Source: Pristiophorus japonicus | Lineage: Eukaryota | Assembly: GCF_044704955.1 (NCBI RefSeq) | Contig: NW_027251778.1 | Coordinates: 434,001-498,000 of the forward strand | Reading direction: 5' to 3' | Length of the DNA stretch: 64,000 bases | Shown here: one piece after another, positions 1 to 12,652 of the stretch | Layout: each line of letters starts with the position of its first letter | Position numbering within the stretch: position 1 is the stretch's first letter | The notes under the pieces: generated by a model | The model's input: only the letters and a program-made list of their open reading frames with translations | What the model was told of the DNA's origin: nothing | The model's database searches: none | Translations under genes and position numbers: made by a program

Positions 1-810
1 TTAGTTTCCCCTATGAGTGGAAATATCCTCTCTGCATCTACCTTGTCGAGCCCCCTCATTATCTTATATGTTTCGATAAGATCACCTTTTATTCGTCTGA
101 ACTCCAATGCGTAGAGGTCCAACCTACTCAACCTTTCCTCATAAGTCAATCCCTTCATCTCCGGAATCAACGAGTGAATCATCTCTGAACAGCGTCCAAT
201 GCAAGTATATCCTTCGTTTAAAAATGGAGACCAAAACTGCACGCAGTACTCCAGGTGTGGCCTCACCAATACCCTGTACAGTTGTCGCAGGACTTCTCTG
301 CTTTTATACTCCATCCCCTTTGCCCTTTGCAATGAAGGCCAATATTCCATTTGCCTTCCTGATCACTTGCTGTACCTGCATGCTAACATTTTGTGTTTCA
401 TGCACAAGTACCCCCAGGTCCCGCTGTACTGCAGCACTTTGCAATGTTTCTCCATTTAAATAATAACTTGCTCTTTGATTTTTCTTCTGCCATACTTTCC
501 AACTTTATACTCCATCTGCCAAATTTCACTTTAACTATCCTGTCTGTGCCACTGAATATATTTTAAACTTCGATCAAATCAGCCCCTCATCTTCTACATT
601 GCAGGCAATGCAACCACAGTACGTGTAATATTTCCATTTAATTTAACCCTTGGAATACTGGTATCATTCCAGTAAATTTCCGCTGCTGTTTTTCCAAGGC
701 GCGGTGCCCAGAACTGAACAAAGTCCTTCAGTTGTGGTCTAAACAGGGCTTTGTAGAGCTGTATCAGGACTTCTAACAGCTTATATTCTAGTCATTTAGA
801 AATAAAGGTA
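1..810 (-). mobile_element. CR1-type LINE ORF2 3' fragments
   Basis: Reverse-strand RT C-terminal motifs ([19 protein letters not shown]). Confidence 0.8.
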
Positions 811-829
811 AGCACGGAAGCACAGAATA

Positions 830-1745
830 CAAGAGAACTGTATAAAACACAAGTTAGGTCACAGTTGGAGTACTGCGTGCAGCTTTGTTCACCACATTTC
901 AGGACAAAATATGATTGAATTGGAGAGGATACAGAGGAGATTTACCTGGATGTTGGATGAGAGAGGGTACAGAGGAGATTTACCAGGATGTTGCACGAGA
1001 GAGGGTACAGAGGAGATTTACCAGGATGTTGCACTGGAGAGGGTACAGAAGAGATTTACCAGGATGTTGGATGAGAGAGGGTACAGAGGACATTTACCAG
1101 GATGTTGCACTAGAGAGGGTACAGAGGAGATTTACCAGGATGTTGCACTAGAGAGGGTACAGAGGAGATTTACAAGGATGTTGCATGAGAGAGGTTACAA
1201 AGGAGATTTAAAAGGATGCTGCACTAGAGAGAGTACAGAGGAGATTTACCAGGATGTTGCACGAGAGAGTGTACAGGGGAGATTTACGAGGATGTTGTCT
1301 GAACTGGAGAATTTTAGCGATGAGGAAAGATTGGAGATGCTGGGGTTGTTTTCTTTGGAACAGAGTTGGCTGAGGGGAGATCTGATTGAGGTGTACACAA
1401 TTATGAGGGGCCTTTATAGAGTGGATAGGAAGGACCCGTTTCCTTTGGCAGAGGGACAACAACCAGGGGGCATAGAATTAAAGTAATTGGGGGTAGGTGC
1501 AGCGGGGATTTCAGATGAATTAATTTTACCCAGAGGTTGGTTGCCTCTGGATCTCAATACCTGAAAGGGTGGAAGAGGCTGAAACCCTCACCACATTTGG
1601 ATGTGCACCTTGAGGTGCCGTAATCTACAGGGCTACGGACCGAGAGATGGAAAGTGGGCTTCGGCTGGATAGCTGTTGGTCGGTTGGCACGGACACTTTG
1701 GGCCGAAATGGCCTCCTTCCGCACTGTAAATTTCTATGATTCTAT
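830..1745 (+). mobile_element. CR1-type LINE 3' fragment with internal minisatellite
   Basis: ERVQRRFTRML..LGLFSLEQ..RGDLIEVY motifs and a ttctatgattctat tail. Confidence 0.8.
921..1296 (+). repeat. 38-bp minisatellite, ~10 copies
   Basis: Unit TAGAGAGGGTACAGAGGAGATTTACCAGGATGTTGCAC, derived from the LINE RT coding sequence. Confidence 0.9.
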
Positions 1746-1877
1746 AAGTCCGTGAGCGTTTTTAATTGTTAATTCGGACCTGTCCAGGACAAATTAAAAC
1801 GAGCCCCTGAATGTGTGCGCGGGAAGGAGAGACAAAAACAGATCAACGCAGACATATAAAATATTGGGTGTGCTTAC

Positions 1878-1895
1878 CGGTCCCTTCACAGATGC
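1878..1895 (-). CDS. TRBC: TRB constant region exon 2 (connecting peptide with interchain Cys)
   Basis: The minus strand reads tttcattttatttcttacag|GCATCTGTGAAGGGACCG|gtaagc. This is an 18-nt phase-1 exon encoding (G)ICEGT, in frame with exon 1, with the same size and Cys as the canonical TRBC mini-exon. Confidence 0.88.
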
Positions 1896-2279
1896 CTGTA
1901 AGAAATAAAATGAAAGTAGAAATTACTTCAATTATTTGTGCATCAAACATAGCTTTCAAATCAAACCCAGAGCATAAGGTAGGGTAGAATTCTTCACCCA
2001 GAGAGTTGTGCATTTATCAACAAAGCAGAAACGGTTTTCCGTCCAGTAAACAGTGCAGAGGATAATAATGGGCCAGAATTTTGGGTCGGATTCCTCTGAC
2101 CGCGCAAATTCTACGAAAGTAAACAATGGTTTCTGATGTTCAGGGTCTGGCGGACCTGCGTTTTCACGTGAAGGATTTATAAAGGCCCATGTATCCCAGG
2201 AGCATATGGGTTGCGTACGCCACAGTGCAACCACGTGGACAGGCCCAACCTCTCAGAGGAGGGGGATCCCCATTCATAA

Positions 2280-3360
2280 AAGGTTATTATGCAGTTACAG
2301 CAAGCGATCAGGAAGGCCAATGGAATCTTGACCTTGATTGCAAAGGGGATGGAGTATAAAAGCAGGGAAGTCTTGCTGTATCTGCATTCTAACTTGACAA
2401 GGTGGATGCAGAGAGGATGTTTCCACTGATGGGGGAGACTAGAACTAGGGGGCATGGTCTTAGAATAAGGGGCCGTCCATTTAAAACTGAGATGAGGAGG
2501 AATTTCTTCTCTCAGAGGGTTGTAAATCTGTGGAATTCGCTGCCTCAGAGAGCTGTGGAAGCCGGGACATTGAATACATTTAAGGCGGAGATAGACAGAT
2601 TTCTGAGCGATAAGGGAGTGAAGAGTTTATGGGGAGCGGGTGGGGAAGTGGAGCTAGACATGTACATGAAACACAAAAGGTTAGTATGCAGGTACAGCAA
2701 GTGATCAGGAAGGCCAATGAAATCTTGTCCTTTATTGCAAAGGGGATGGAGTATAAAAGCAGGGAAGTCTTGCTCCAGTTATACAGGGTATTGGTGAGGC
2801 CACACCTGGAGTACTGCGTGCAGTTTTGGTTTCCATATTTACGAAAGGATAAACTTGCTTTGGAGGCAGTTCAGAGAAAGTTCACTAGGTTTATTTCGGA
2901 GATGAAGGCGTTGACTTATGAGTGAAGCTTGAGTAGGTTGGACCTCTAATCATTGTAATTGAAAAGGATGAGAGGTGATCTGATCAAAACGATAAGATTA
3001 TGAGGGGGCTTCATAAAGTGGATAAGGGAGGATCTTTCCACTGATGGTGGAAACCAGAACTAGGGGGCATGATCTTAGAATAAGGGGCTGCCCATTTAAA
3101 ACTGAGATGAGGAAGAATTTCTTCTCTCAGAGGGTTGTAAATCTGTGGAATTCGCTGCCTCCGAGAGCTGTGGAAGCCGGGACATTGAATATATTTAAGA
3201 CAGAGATAGACAGATTCTTAAATGATAAGGGGATTAGGGGTTATGGGGAGCCGGTAGGTAAGCGGACATGAATCCATAATTGGATCAGCCATGATCATAT
3301 TAAAGGTTGGAGGGGCATTATGGCCTACAATTGCTCCGACTTCTTATGTTCTTATGTTTT
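2280..3360 (+). mobile_element. Nested CR1-type LINE 3' fragments
   Basis: [19 protein letters not shown] and TRGH..RRNFFSQRVVNLWNSLP motifs, plus the tail. Confidence 0.82.
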
Positions 3361-3903
3361 ATATTTATGATAATTCCATACATATGAAACTCACCTAAGT
3401 ATGGATGGGAATACCCCTCAAAGCACAGAAACACTGAAAATAGCTCCAATGAATAAACTCACATATTTCAACTTAAATAAAATGGAAATTAATTGATTAG
3501 TTAAAAGAAAAATTTGGTCTTTTTGAAAAATAAGTTTACCAATTTTAATCGGTCTAAAAATAAACCTCCATTATTTAACAGGGTTTTACATGTTTCAATT
3601 ATATTTTTAATGTATTTTACGCTGACAAAAGCAGGCCTGACGTTTGTGTTTGAGGAGCAATTTTAACCTTGTCCGCTTGTTTGGAAGCTGATGCGAATGG
3701 GTGCGACGATATTTTTACACTACCTCCCGATCTTATCTCACCGTTGGAGTCAATATTGAGCCATTGCCTGAAACCAGTGTTGCACTTTCCTGGGTCGAGA
3801 TAGGTTAGAATTACCCCGCTCCCTTTAGCACCCAGCCCTCCCCACCCTCCGCCCTCATGAATGATCCCTCGTGCAGGTAAACCCAGTAGATGAAGCAACT
3901 CAC

Positions 3904-4242
3904 CCCTCTTACTGTGGGTCTTGGCCTCCTGATGCACCTCCTCCCCATCTTTGCTATAATGGGTCACCTTGCATGAATATTCCTTGCTACCCCATTCTGC
4001 CATGGGCACAGTCACCCTGCTGGCCGCACTGTAGTAGCGGCCTGCCTCGTCCTTAATCGGCTTGTCGGTCACGACATCCTTCTGCTCGATGGCCTGCTTG
4101 TTCGCCGTCCAGGAGAACTGCAAGTAGTCGGGGAAGAAGTCACGGGCCAGGCACACGATGGTGGCTTTCTTCAAGTTGTCAATCTCTTCGTCTGATGGGT
4201 CGAAGATGGTCACAATTGGGTGCTTGATCTCTTGATCTTTCT
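3904..4242 (-). CDS. TRBC: TRB constant region exon 1 (Ig C1 domain)
   Basis: Boundaries are ccccacag|AGAAAGAT...AAGAGGG|gtgagt. Translation: (E)KDQEIKHPIVTIFDPSDEEIDNLKKATIVCLARDFFPDYLQFSWTAN...YSAASRVTVPMAEWGSKEYSCKVTHY...KR. It has the TRBC-type motifs P-V-IF-PS-EEI, KAT-VCLA--F-PD, YS--SR--V---W and both Cys. Confidence 0.96.
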
Positions 4243-4404
4243 CTGTGGGGTGGGGCGTTGGGGTAGGTGGGGTTACAAAACAACAGCACGTGTTAAGATT
4301 GGGGTCGTGGGGCGAATTTCCCCCAGGGTTCGCTCTGCGCCAACTTCGGCGAACAAAGAACGTTTGTTTATTTAGCTATTCATACAACATAGAAACATAG
4401 AACA

Positions 4405-5470
4405 TAGTCGTCCTTTTCGGAATGGGAGACAGTGACTAGTCGGGTGTCGCAGGGCTCAGTGCTGGGACCACAGCTCTTTACAATATACATTACTGATTTG
4501 GATGAAGGAACTGAGTGTAATATCTCCAAGTTTCCAAATGACACTAAACTGGCTGGCGGTGTGAGCTGTGAGGAGGTTTCAAAGAGGCTGTATGGTGACT
4601 TGGACAGGTTAGGTGAGTGGACAATTGCATGGCAGATGCAGTATAATGTGGATACATGTGAGGTTATCCACTTTGGTGGCAAAAACACGAAAGCAGAATA
4701 TTATCTGAATGGCGGCAAATTAAGAAAAGGGGAGGTGCAACGAGACCTGGGTGTCATGGTTCATCAGTCATTGAAAGTTGGCATGCTGGTACAGCAGACA
4801 GTGAAGAAGGCAAATGGTATGTTGGCCTTCATAGCTAGGGGATGTGAGTATAGGAGCAGGGAGCTCTTACGGCAATTGTACAGGGCCTTGGTGAGGCCTC
4901 ACCTGGAATATTGTGTGCAGTTTTGGTCTTCTAATCTGAGGAAGGACGTTCTTGCTATTGAGGAAGTGCAGCGAAGGTTCACCAGACTGATATCAGGGAT
5001 GGCTGGACTGACATATGAGGAGAGACTGGGTCAACTGGGCCTTTACAAACTGGAGTTGAGAAGGATGAGAGGGGATCTCATAGAAACATATAAGATTCTG
5101 ACGAGACGGGACAGGTTAGATGCGGGCAGAATGTTCCCGATGTTGGGGAAGTCGAGAACCAGGGGACACAGTCTTTGATAATGGGCAGACGATTTAGGAC
5201 TGAAATGAGGAGAAACTTCTTCATTCAGAGAGTTGTTAATCTGTGGAATTCCCTGCCGCCGAGTTGTTGATGCCAGTTCATTGGATATATTCAAGAGGGA
5301 GTTAGATATGGCCCTTTTCGCTAAAGGAATCAAGGGGTATGGAGAGAAAGCAAGAAAGGGGTTCTGAGATGAATGATCAGCCATGATCTTATTGAATAGT
5401 GGCTCAGGCTCGAAGGGCCGAATGGCCTACTCCTGCACATATTTTCTATGTTTCTATGCTTCTATGTTTC
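4405..5470 (+). mobile_element. CR1-type LINE RT fragment
   Basis: ORF 4432-5178 has QGSVLGPQLFTIY..F(P)[16 protein letters not shown], followed by a ttctatg tail. Confidence 0.88.
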
Positions 5471-5479
5471 TAGTAGTAG

Positions 5480-6200
5480 GCCATAAGGCCCTTCGAGCCT
5501 GCACCGCCATTCAACATGATCAACACCATAATTCCGCTTTTTCCCCATGCCCCTTGACGCCGTTTGTGTCTCGAAATCTATCTATCGCCCTCTTAAATAT
5601 ATTCAGTGACTTGGCCTCCACAGGGTTCTGTGGTAGAGAATTCCACAGGTTCACCATCCTCTGGGTGAAGACATTTCTCCTCATCTCTGTCCTACATTTC
5701 CTACCCGAAATCCTCAGACTGTGACCCCTTGTTCGAGACTTCACAGCCCCGGCTACGTCAGAATGTTAGACGTTTCATTGAGATCCCCGCTCATTCTTCT
5801 AAACTCTAGTGAATACAGGTCTAGTCGACCCAATCGCTCCTCAAACGACAGTCCTGCCATCCCAGGCATCAGTCTGGTGAACCTTCGCTGCACTCCCTCT
5901 ATGGCAAGTATGCCCTTCCTTAGGTAAGGAGACCAAAACTGTGCACAATACTCCAGGCTCCAGGTGTGGTCTTAGCAAGGCCCTGTATAGCTATAGTAAG
6001 ACATTCTTGCTCCTGTACTCAAATCCTCTGGCAATGAAGGCCAACATACCATTTGCCTTCCGAACAACTTGCTGCACCTGCTTGTTTGTTTTCAACGACA
6101 TGTGTAACAGGACACCCAGGTCCGTCTGTACATCGACACTTCCCAAGCCATCACCATTTACATAATACTTTGTCCTTATATTTTTCCTACCAAAGTGGAA
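5480..6200 (-). mobile_element. CR1-type LINE 3' fragment
   Basis: Reverse-strand TRGHSL..LWNSLP motifs. Confidence 0.8.
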
Positions 6201-6499
6201 ACGTCTTATTTATCCACGTTAGACTGCATTCGACCTTGGGTCGCATCACACCAAAATCTATTCTGCCCTTTTATTAATCGGAGTGCAGGTTTACTGACTT
6301 TAAAGGCACAAGGTTATACGTGTGCGAGAAATAACATTTGTTTATTCAGCTGTTCGGCCTTGTGTTGCTTCACTGCAAACCTTGATTCTGCCGTTTTTCG
6401 TTTTCCAAACGGCCATCGCATCAAGCACAGCTCATTGAGCAATGATCAGGTTGATATGCCAGCTGCGTTAAGGATCCTTAAGGGGCTTTTTTCATTCGT

Positions 6500-7035
6500 T
6501 CATGCGATGTTTTATTGCCCATCCCTAATCGCCCTTGAGAAGGTGCTGGTGAGCTGCCTTCTTGAACCACTGCAGCCCGCGTGGTGAAGGTGCTCCCACA
6601 GTGCTGTTAGAGAGGGAATTCCAGGATTTTGGCTCAGCACCGCTGAAGGAACGGCCGATATATTTCCAAGTCGGGATGGTGTGTGTGACTGGGAAGGGAA
6701 CGTGGAGGTGGTGGTGTTCCCATGCGCCTGCAGCCCTTGTCCTTCTAGGCGGTAGAGGTCTTGGTTTGTGAGGTGCTGCCGAAGAAGCCTTGGCGAGTTG
6801 CTGCAGTGCATCTTGTAGATGGTACACACTGCAGCCATGGTGCGCCGCTGGTGGAAGGAGTGAGTGTTTGAAGGTGGTGGGTAGCGTGCCGATCAAGCGG
6901 GCTACTTTGTCCTGGATGGTATCGAGTTTCTCGAGTGCTGTTGAAGCAACAACTCATCCAGGCAAAGTGGAGAGTATTCCATCACACTCCTAACTTGTGC
7001 CTTGTAGATGGTGGAAAGGCTTTGGGGAATCAGGA
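6500..7035 (-). mobile_element. Non-LTR retrotransposon 3' fragment of a different family
   Basis: IYKAQVRSVMEYSPL..AAVCTIYKMHC..SWNSL..FKKAAHQHLL motifs. Confidence 0.7.
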
Positions 7036-7044
7036 TGTGAGACA

Positions 7045-9680
7045 CATCTCTCTCTCTCGCTCTCTCTCTCAATCTCGCAATCTCTCTCTCTCTTTCTCTC
7101 TCCCTTACTCTGCCTCCATCTTTTTTCATCTCTCTATCTGTTTGTCTCTGTGTATGTCTATCGATCTCTCAATCTCTCTCTCTGTCTCTCTCTCTCTCTC
7201 TGCGTGTCTCTCCGTCTCTCTCTCTATCTATCTATCTCTCACTCGCTTTCTCTGTTCCTTACTCTCCCTCTATCCTTTTTTCCTCTCTTTCTGGTTGTCT
7301 TTGTGTATGTATATTTCTCTCTCTCACTTTCTATCGATCTCTTAATATCTCTATCTCTCTTTCCCTCTTTCTGTCTCTCAATCTTTCTCTCTCTCTGTCT
7401 CTGTCTCTCTCTCTCTCTCGCTTTGTGCCTCTCTCTGTCTCTCTGTCTCTCTCTCTCTATCGAACTCTCAATCTCTCTCTCGCTCTCTCTCTGTTTCTCT
7501 ATCCCTTATTCTCCCACGATCCTTTTTTCCTCTTTCCATCTGGTTGCCTCTGAGTATGTCTCTCTCTCACTCTCTATCGATCTCCCTCTCTCTTTCTCTC
7601 TCTCTCTCTCAATCTCACTCACTCTCTATCTCAGACTGATTCCCGGGATGGCAGGGCTGATATATGAAGAAAGACTGGATCGACTGGGCCTTTATTCACT
7701 GGAGTTTAGAAGAATTAGAGGGGATCTCATAGAATCGTATAAGATTCTGACAGGAATGGACAGGTTAGATGCAGGAAGAATGTTCCCGATGTTGGGGAAG
7801 TCCAGAACGAGGGTAAGGGGTAGGCCATTTAGGATCGAGATGAGCGGAAACTTCTTCACTCAGAGAATTGTTAACCTGTGGAATTCTCTACCACAGAGAG
7901 TTGTTGGGGCCAGTTCGTTGGATATATTCAAGAGGGAGTTAGATATGGCCCTGAAAGCTAATGTGATCAAGGGGTACGGAGAGAAAGCAGGAAAGGGGTA
8001 CTGAGGGAATGATCAGCCATGATATTATTGAATGGTGGTGCAGGCTCGAAGGTCCGAATGGATACTCCTGAACCTATTTTCTATGTTTAGATGTCCCTCT
8101 CTATCTCTTTCTATCTTTCTTTATCTCGCTCTCTGTCTCTCAATCTCTCTCTCTCTTTCTCTCTCTGTCTCTCTCTCTCTTTCGCATTCTCTGCTTCTCT
8201 CCCTTACACTCCCTCTATTATTTTCTCCTCTATCGATTTGTCTGTGTATGTCTGCCTCTCACTGTCTATCGATCTCTCAATCTCTCCCTCTCTCTGTGTC
8301 TCTCAATGGCACTCTCTCTCACTTTCTCTCGGCTCTCTCTGCTTCTCTCTCCATTACTCTCCCTCTATGTTTTCATCTTTCTATCTATTTGCCTGTGTAT
8401 GTCTGCCTTTCGCTGTCTGCTGAGCGCTCAATCTCTCTCTCTCTCTCTGTCTGTCTCTCTGTCTCTCGCTCTCTATCGATCTATCTCTCGCTCGCTCTCT
8501 ATCTCTCCCTTACTCTCCCTCTATACTTTTTCCTCTCGCTATCTGTATCNNNNNNNNNNNNNNNNNNNNNNNNNNNNNNNNNNNNNNNNNNNNNNNNNNN
8601 NNNNNNNNNNNNNNNNNNNNNNNNNNNNNNNNNNNNNNNNNNNNNNNNNNNNNNNNNNNNNNNNNNNNNNNNNNNNNNNNNNNNNNNNNNNNNNTTCTCT
8701 ATCTTTCTCTCTCTCAATCTCTCTCTCTCAGTCTCTCAATGTCTTTCTTTCTGTCTGTCTCTCCCTGTCTCTCTCTCTCTGTCCCTCTCTCTTTGTTTCT
8801 CCCTCTGTGTCTCCCTTTCTCCCTCTCTCTGTCTCTCTCCTTCTCACTCTNNNNNNNNNNNNNNNNNNNNNNNNNNNNNNNNNNNNNNNNNNNNNNNNNN
8901 NNNNNNNNNNNNNNNNNNNNNNNNNNNNNNNNNNNNNNNNNNNNNNNNNNNNNNNNNNNNNNNNNNNNNNNNNNNNNNNNNNNNNNNNNNNNNNNNNNNN
9001 NNNNNTCTCTCTTTCACTCTCTCTTTCTGTCTCTCTCTCTCCCACTCTCTCTGCTTCTCACCCTTACTCTCCCTCTATCCCTTTTTCCTCGATCTCTCAA
9101 TTTCTCGCTCTCCATGTCTCTCCCAGTATCTCTCTCTCTCTCCTCTCTCTCTGTTTCTCTCTCCCCTACTCTCCCTCTATCCTTTTTTCCTCTCTCTATC
9201 TGTTTGTCTTTGCGTATGTCCCTCTCTCAATATCTATCGATCTCTCAATCTCTCTCTCTCTCTCTGTCTCTCAATCTTTCTGTCTCTTTCTCTCTCTGTC
9301 TCTCTCCCTTTCGCTCTGTCTGCTTCACTCTCCCTTACTTTCCCTCTATCCTTTTCTCCTCTCTTTATCTACTTGTCTGTGTATGTCTGTCTCTCACTGT
9401 CTATCGATCTCTCAATTTCTCTCTCTCTGTCTCTTTCTCTGTTTCTCTCTCCCTTACTCTCCTTCTATCCTTTGTTCCTCTCTCTATCTGTTTGCCCCTG
9501 TGTATGTCTGTCTNNNNNNNNNNNNNNNNNNNNNNNNNNNNNNNNNNNNNNNNNNNNNNNNNNNNNNNNNNNNNNNNNNNNNNNNNNNNNNNNNNNNNNN
9601 NNNNNNNNNNNNNNNNNNNNNNNNNNNNNNNNNNNNNNNNNNNNNNNNNNNNNNNNNNNNNNNNNNNNNNNAATCTTTAT
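7045..9680. repeat. CT-rich low-complexity tract with a LINE fragment (7632-8090) and three N gaps
   Basis: Degenerate (CT)n. This is the source of the spurious Ser/Leu ORFs. Confidence 0.9.
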
Positions 9681-10213
9681 CCTTCGTCCGAGTCTCTGAT
9701 CATAAAATTATAGAATCATAAAAATGTACAGCACGGAAGGAGGCAAGTTCTGCCCATCGTGTCCGCGCCGGCCGACCAAGAGCTACCCAGCCTAATCCCA
9801 CGTTCCCGCTCTCGGTCCGGAGCCCTGTAGGTTACAGAACTAAAAGGTGCACTGCCAAATGTGGTGAGGATTTCTGCTTCTACCACGCTTTCAGGCAGCC
9901 AATTTCACCCCAGACCCCCACCACCCTCTGGGTGAAAAAATTACCCTCAAATTCCCTTCTACCTTCGACAAGTTACTTTAAATCTGTGCCCTCGGCTGGA
10001 CATGATAGGCCGAAATGGACTCCTTCTACTCCGTAAATGTCTACGTTTCTATGTTTCTGTCTGCCAAGGGAAACAGGTCCGTCCTTTCCACTCTATCCAG
10101 GGCCCTCATCATTTTATACACCTCAATCAGGTCTCCCCTCAGCCAGCTCTGTTCCAAAGAAAACAGACCCCAGCCTATCCAATCTTCCCTCATCGCAAAA
10201 TGTCTCCAGTTCA

Positions 10214-11618
10214 GGCAACATCCTAATAAATCTCCTCTGTACCCTCTCTAGTGCAACATCCTGGTAAATCTCCTCTGTACCCTCTCTAATGCAACATCCT
10301 GGTAAATCTCCTATGCACCCACTCTAGTGCAACATCCTGGTAAATCTCCTCTGTACCCTCTCTAGTGCAACATCCTGATAAATCTCCTCTGTATCCTCTC
10401 TAGTGCAACATCCTGATAACTCTCCTCTGTACCCTCTCTAGTGCAACATCCTGATAAATCTCCTCTGTACCTTCTCTAGTGCAACATCCTGGTAAATCTC
10501 CTCTGTACCCTCTCTAGTGCAACATCCTGGTAAATATCCTCTGTACCCTCTCTAGTGCAACATCCTGATAAATCTCCTCTGTACCCTCTCTAGTGCAACA
10601 TCCTGATAAATCTCCTCTGTACCCTCTCTAGTGCAACATCCTGGTAAATCTCCTATGCACCCTCTCTAGTGCAACATCCAGGTAAATCTCCACTGTACCC
10701 TCTCTAATGCAACATCCTGGTAAATCTCCTATGCACCCTCTCTAGTGCAACATCCTGGTAAATCTCCTCTGTACCCTCTCCAGTGCAACATCCTGATAAA
10801 TCTCCTCTGTACCCTCTCTAGTGCAACATCCTGATAAATCTCCTCTGTACCCTCTCTAATGCAGCATCCTGGTAAATCTCCTCTGTACCCTCTCTAGTGC
10901 AACATCCTGGTAAATCTCCTCTGTACCCTCTCTAGTGCAACATCATGGTAAAACTCCTCTGTACCCTCTCGAGTGCAACATTCTGATAAATCTCCTATGC
11001 ACCCTCTCTAGTGCAACATCCTGGTAAATCTCCTCTGTATCCTTTCTAATGCAACATTCTGGTAAATCTCCTATGCACCCACTCTAGTGCAACATCCTGG
11101 TAAATCTCCTCTGTACCTTCTCTAGTGCAACATCCTGATAAATCTCCTCTGTACCCTCTCTAGTGCAACATCAGATAAATCTCCTCTGTACCCTCTCTCG
11201 TGCAACATCCTGGTAAATCTCCTCTGTACCCTCTCTAGTGCAACATCCTGATAAATCTCCTCTGTACCCTCTCTAATGCAACATCCTGGTAAATCCCCTA
11301 TGCACCCTCTCTAGTGCAACATCCTGGTAAATCTCCTCTGTACCCTCTCAAGTGCAACATCCTGATAAATCTCCTCTGTACCCTCTCTAGTGCAACATCC
11401 TGATAAATCTCGTCTGTACCCTCTCTAGTGCAACATCCTGGTAAATCTCCTCTGTACCCTCTCTAGTGCAACATCCTGGTAAATCTCCTCTGTACCCTCT
11501 CTAGTACAACATCCTGGTAAATCTCCTCTGTACCCTCTCTAGTGCAACATCCTGGTAAATCTCCTCTGTGCCCTCTCTAGTGCAACATCATGGTACATCT
11601 CCTCTGTACCCTCTCCAG
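10214..11618 (-). repeat. 38-bp minisatellite, ~37 copies, in the J-C intron
   Basis: Unit CTCTCTAGTGCAACATCCTGGTAAATCTCCTCTGTACC, embedded in a minus-strand LINE fragment (~9715-12280). Confidence 0.93.
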
Positions 11619-12336
11619 TGTAATGATATCTTTCCTGTAATGTGGTGACCAGAACTGCACGCAGTACTTATGCTGTGGCCTAATCAGTGTTTTATACAGT
11701 TCAAGCATAACCTCCCCGCTCTTGTATTCTATGCCTCGGCTATTACAGTCAACATAATAAGAACATAATAACATTAGAAATAGGAGCAGGAGTCGGCCAT
11801 ACGGCCCCTCGATCCTGCTCCACCATTTAATACGATCATGGCTGATCCGATCATGTGCACAGGTCCACTTTCCTGCCCGCTCCCCATAACCCCTTATCCC
11901 GTATGTCTTCTAAACCACCTGCTACCTTCAGGGATCTGTGGACAAGCATTCCAAGATCACTTTATTTCTCTACACTTCTCAGTGTCCAACCGTTTAATGT
12001 ATATTCCCTCGCCCTCCCTGCATTACCTCACACTGAACTGCATTTGCCAGTGTTCTGCTCACCTGACCAGTTGATTGATATCTTCCTGCAGTCTGCAGCA
12101 TTCTTATCCATTAGCGACCACTCGGCCGATTGGAGTATCACCTGCAAACTTCTTAATCATGCCCCCAACATTACAGTCCAAATCATTGATATATACCACA
12201 AAAAGCAAGGGATCTAGCACTGAGCCCTGCCGAACCCCACTGGATACAGCCTTCCATTCACAAAAACATCCATATTTTGTGGAAGACTGAAGAAACTGCC
12301 ATCGCCACGGACACTTGGTAACTTGGCGAGACTTAC

Positions 12337-12383
12337 CTAAGACAGTCAGCCGGGTCCCATTTCCGAAGTACTGCTCAGCATTA
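12337..12383 (-). CDS. TRBJ: TRB joining segment (NAEQYFGNGTRLTVL)
   Basis: It has the FGxGT motif, a G|gtaagt donor in phase with C exon 1, and an upstream 12-RSS. Confidence 0.96.
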
Positions 12384-12411
12384 CACGGTGTTGAAGCGCC
12401 AGACAAGAACT
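12384..12411 (+). other. J 12-spacer recombination signal sequence
   Basis: Heptamer CACGGTG at 12384-12390, 12-bp spacer TTGAAGCGCCAG, nonamer ACAAGAACT at 12403-12411. Confidence 0.9.
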
Positions 12412-12613
12412 GCTGGCCGCCAGCCAGCGCTTGCAGCGACGGGGCACGTTCCCCGGGGGGTCGGGGGGAGGGGTGGGGGACGGGTAGAGAGGGGTGCATT
12501 CGGGGTTCCCAGTCCTCCGCCCGTTCCCGAGACAAGCACCGCTTTGCAGACCGTGTGGGAGACACACCCAGCTTCTCGGGAGCACTCGCCCGAAACAAAG
12601 CTCAATGGGTTGA

Positions 12614-12652
12614 GGTTCTGGTAGAAGCGACGACGGCAACTCACGCACCGTG
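12614..12652 (-). other. D 3' 23-spacer RSS
   Basis: On the minus strand: CACGGTG, then 23 bp (CGTGAGTTGCCGTCGTCGCTTCT), then ACCAGAACC. Confidence 0.9.

Noticed and set aside
3617-3903. ORF extension beyond C exon 1 as a secreted form
   Set aside because: A strong gtgagt donor is present at 3903 and the extension looks like intron read-through.
6935-9721. Long Ser/Leu-rich ORFs (also 12894-13634, 20681-21505, 52073-52994)
   Set aside because: These are translations of CT/TTTC microsatellites and N gaps.
10214-11618. CRISPR-like 38-bp repeats
   Set aside because: The units are head-to-tail with no spacers, there are no cas genes, and the unit is LINE coding sequence.
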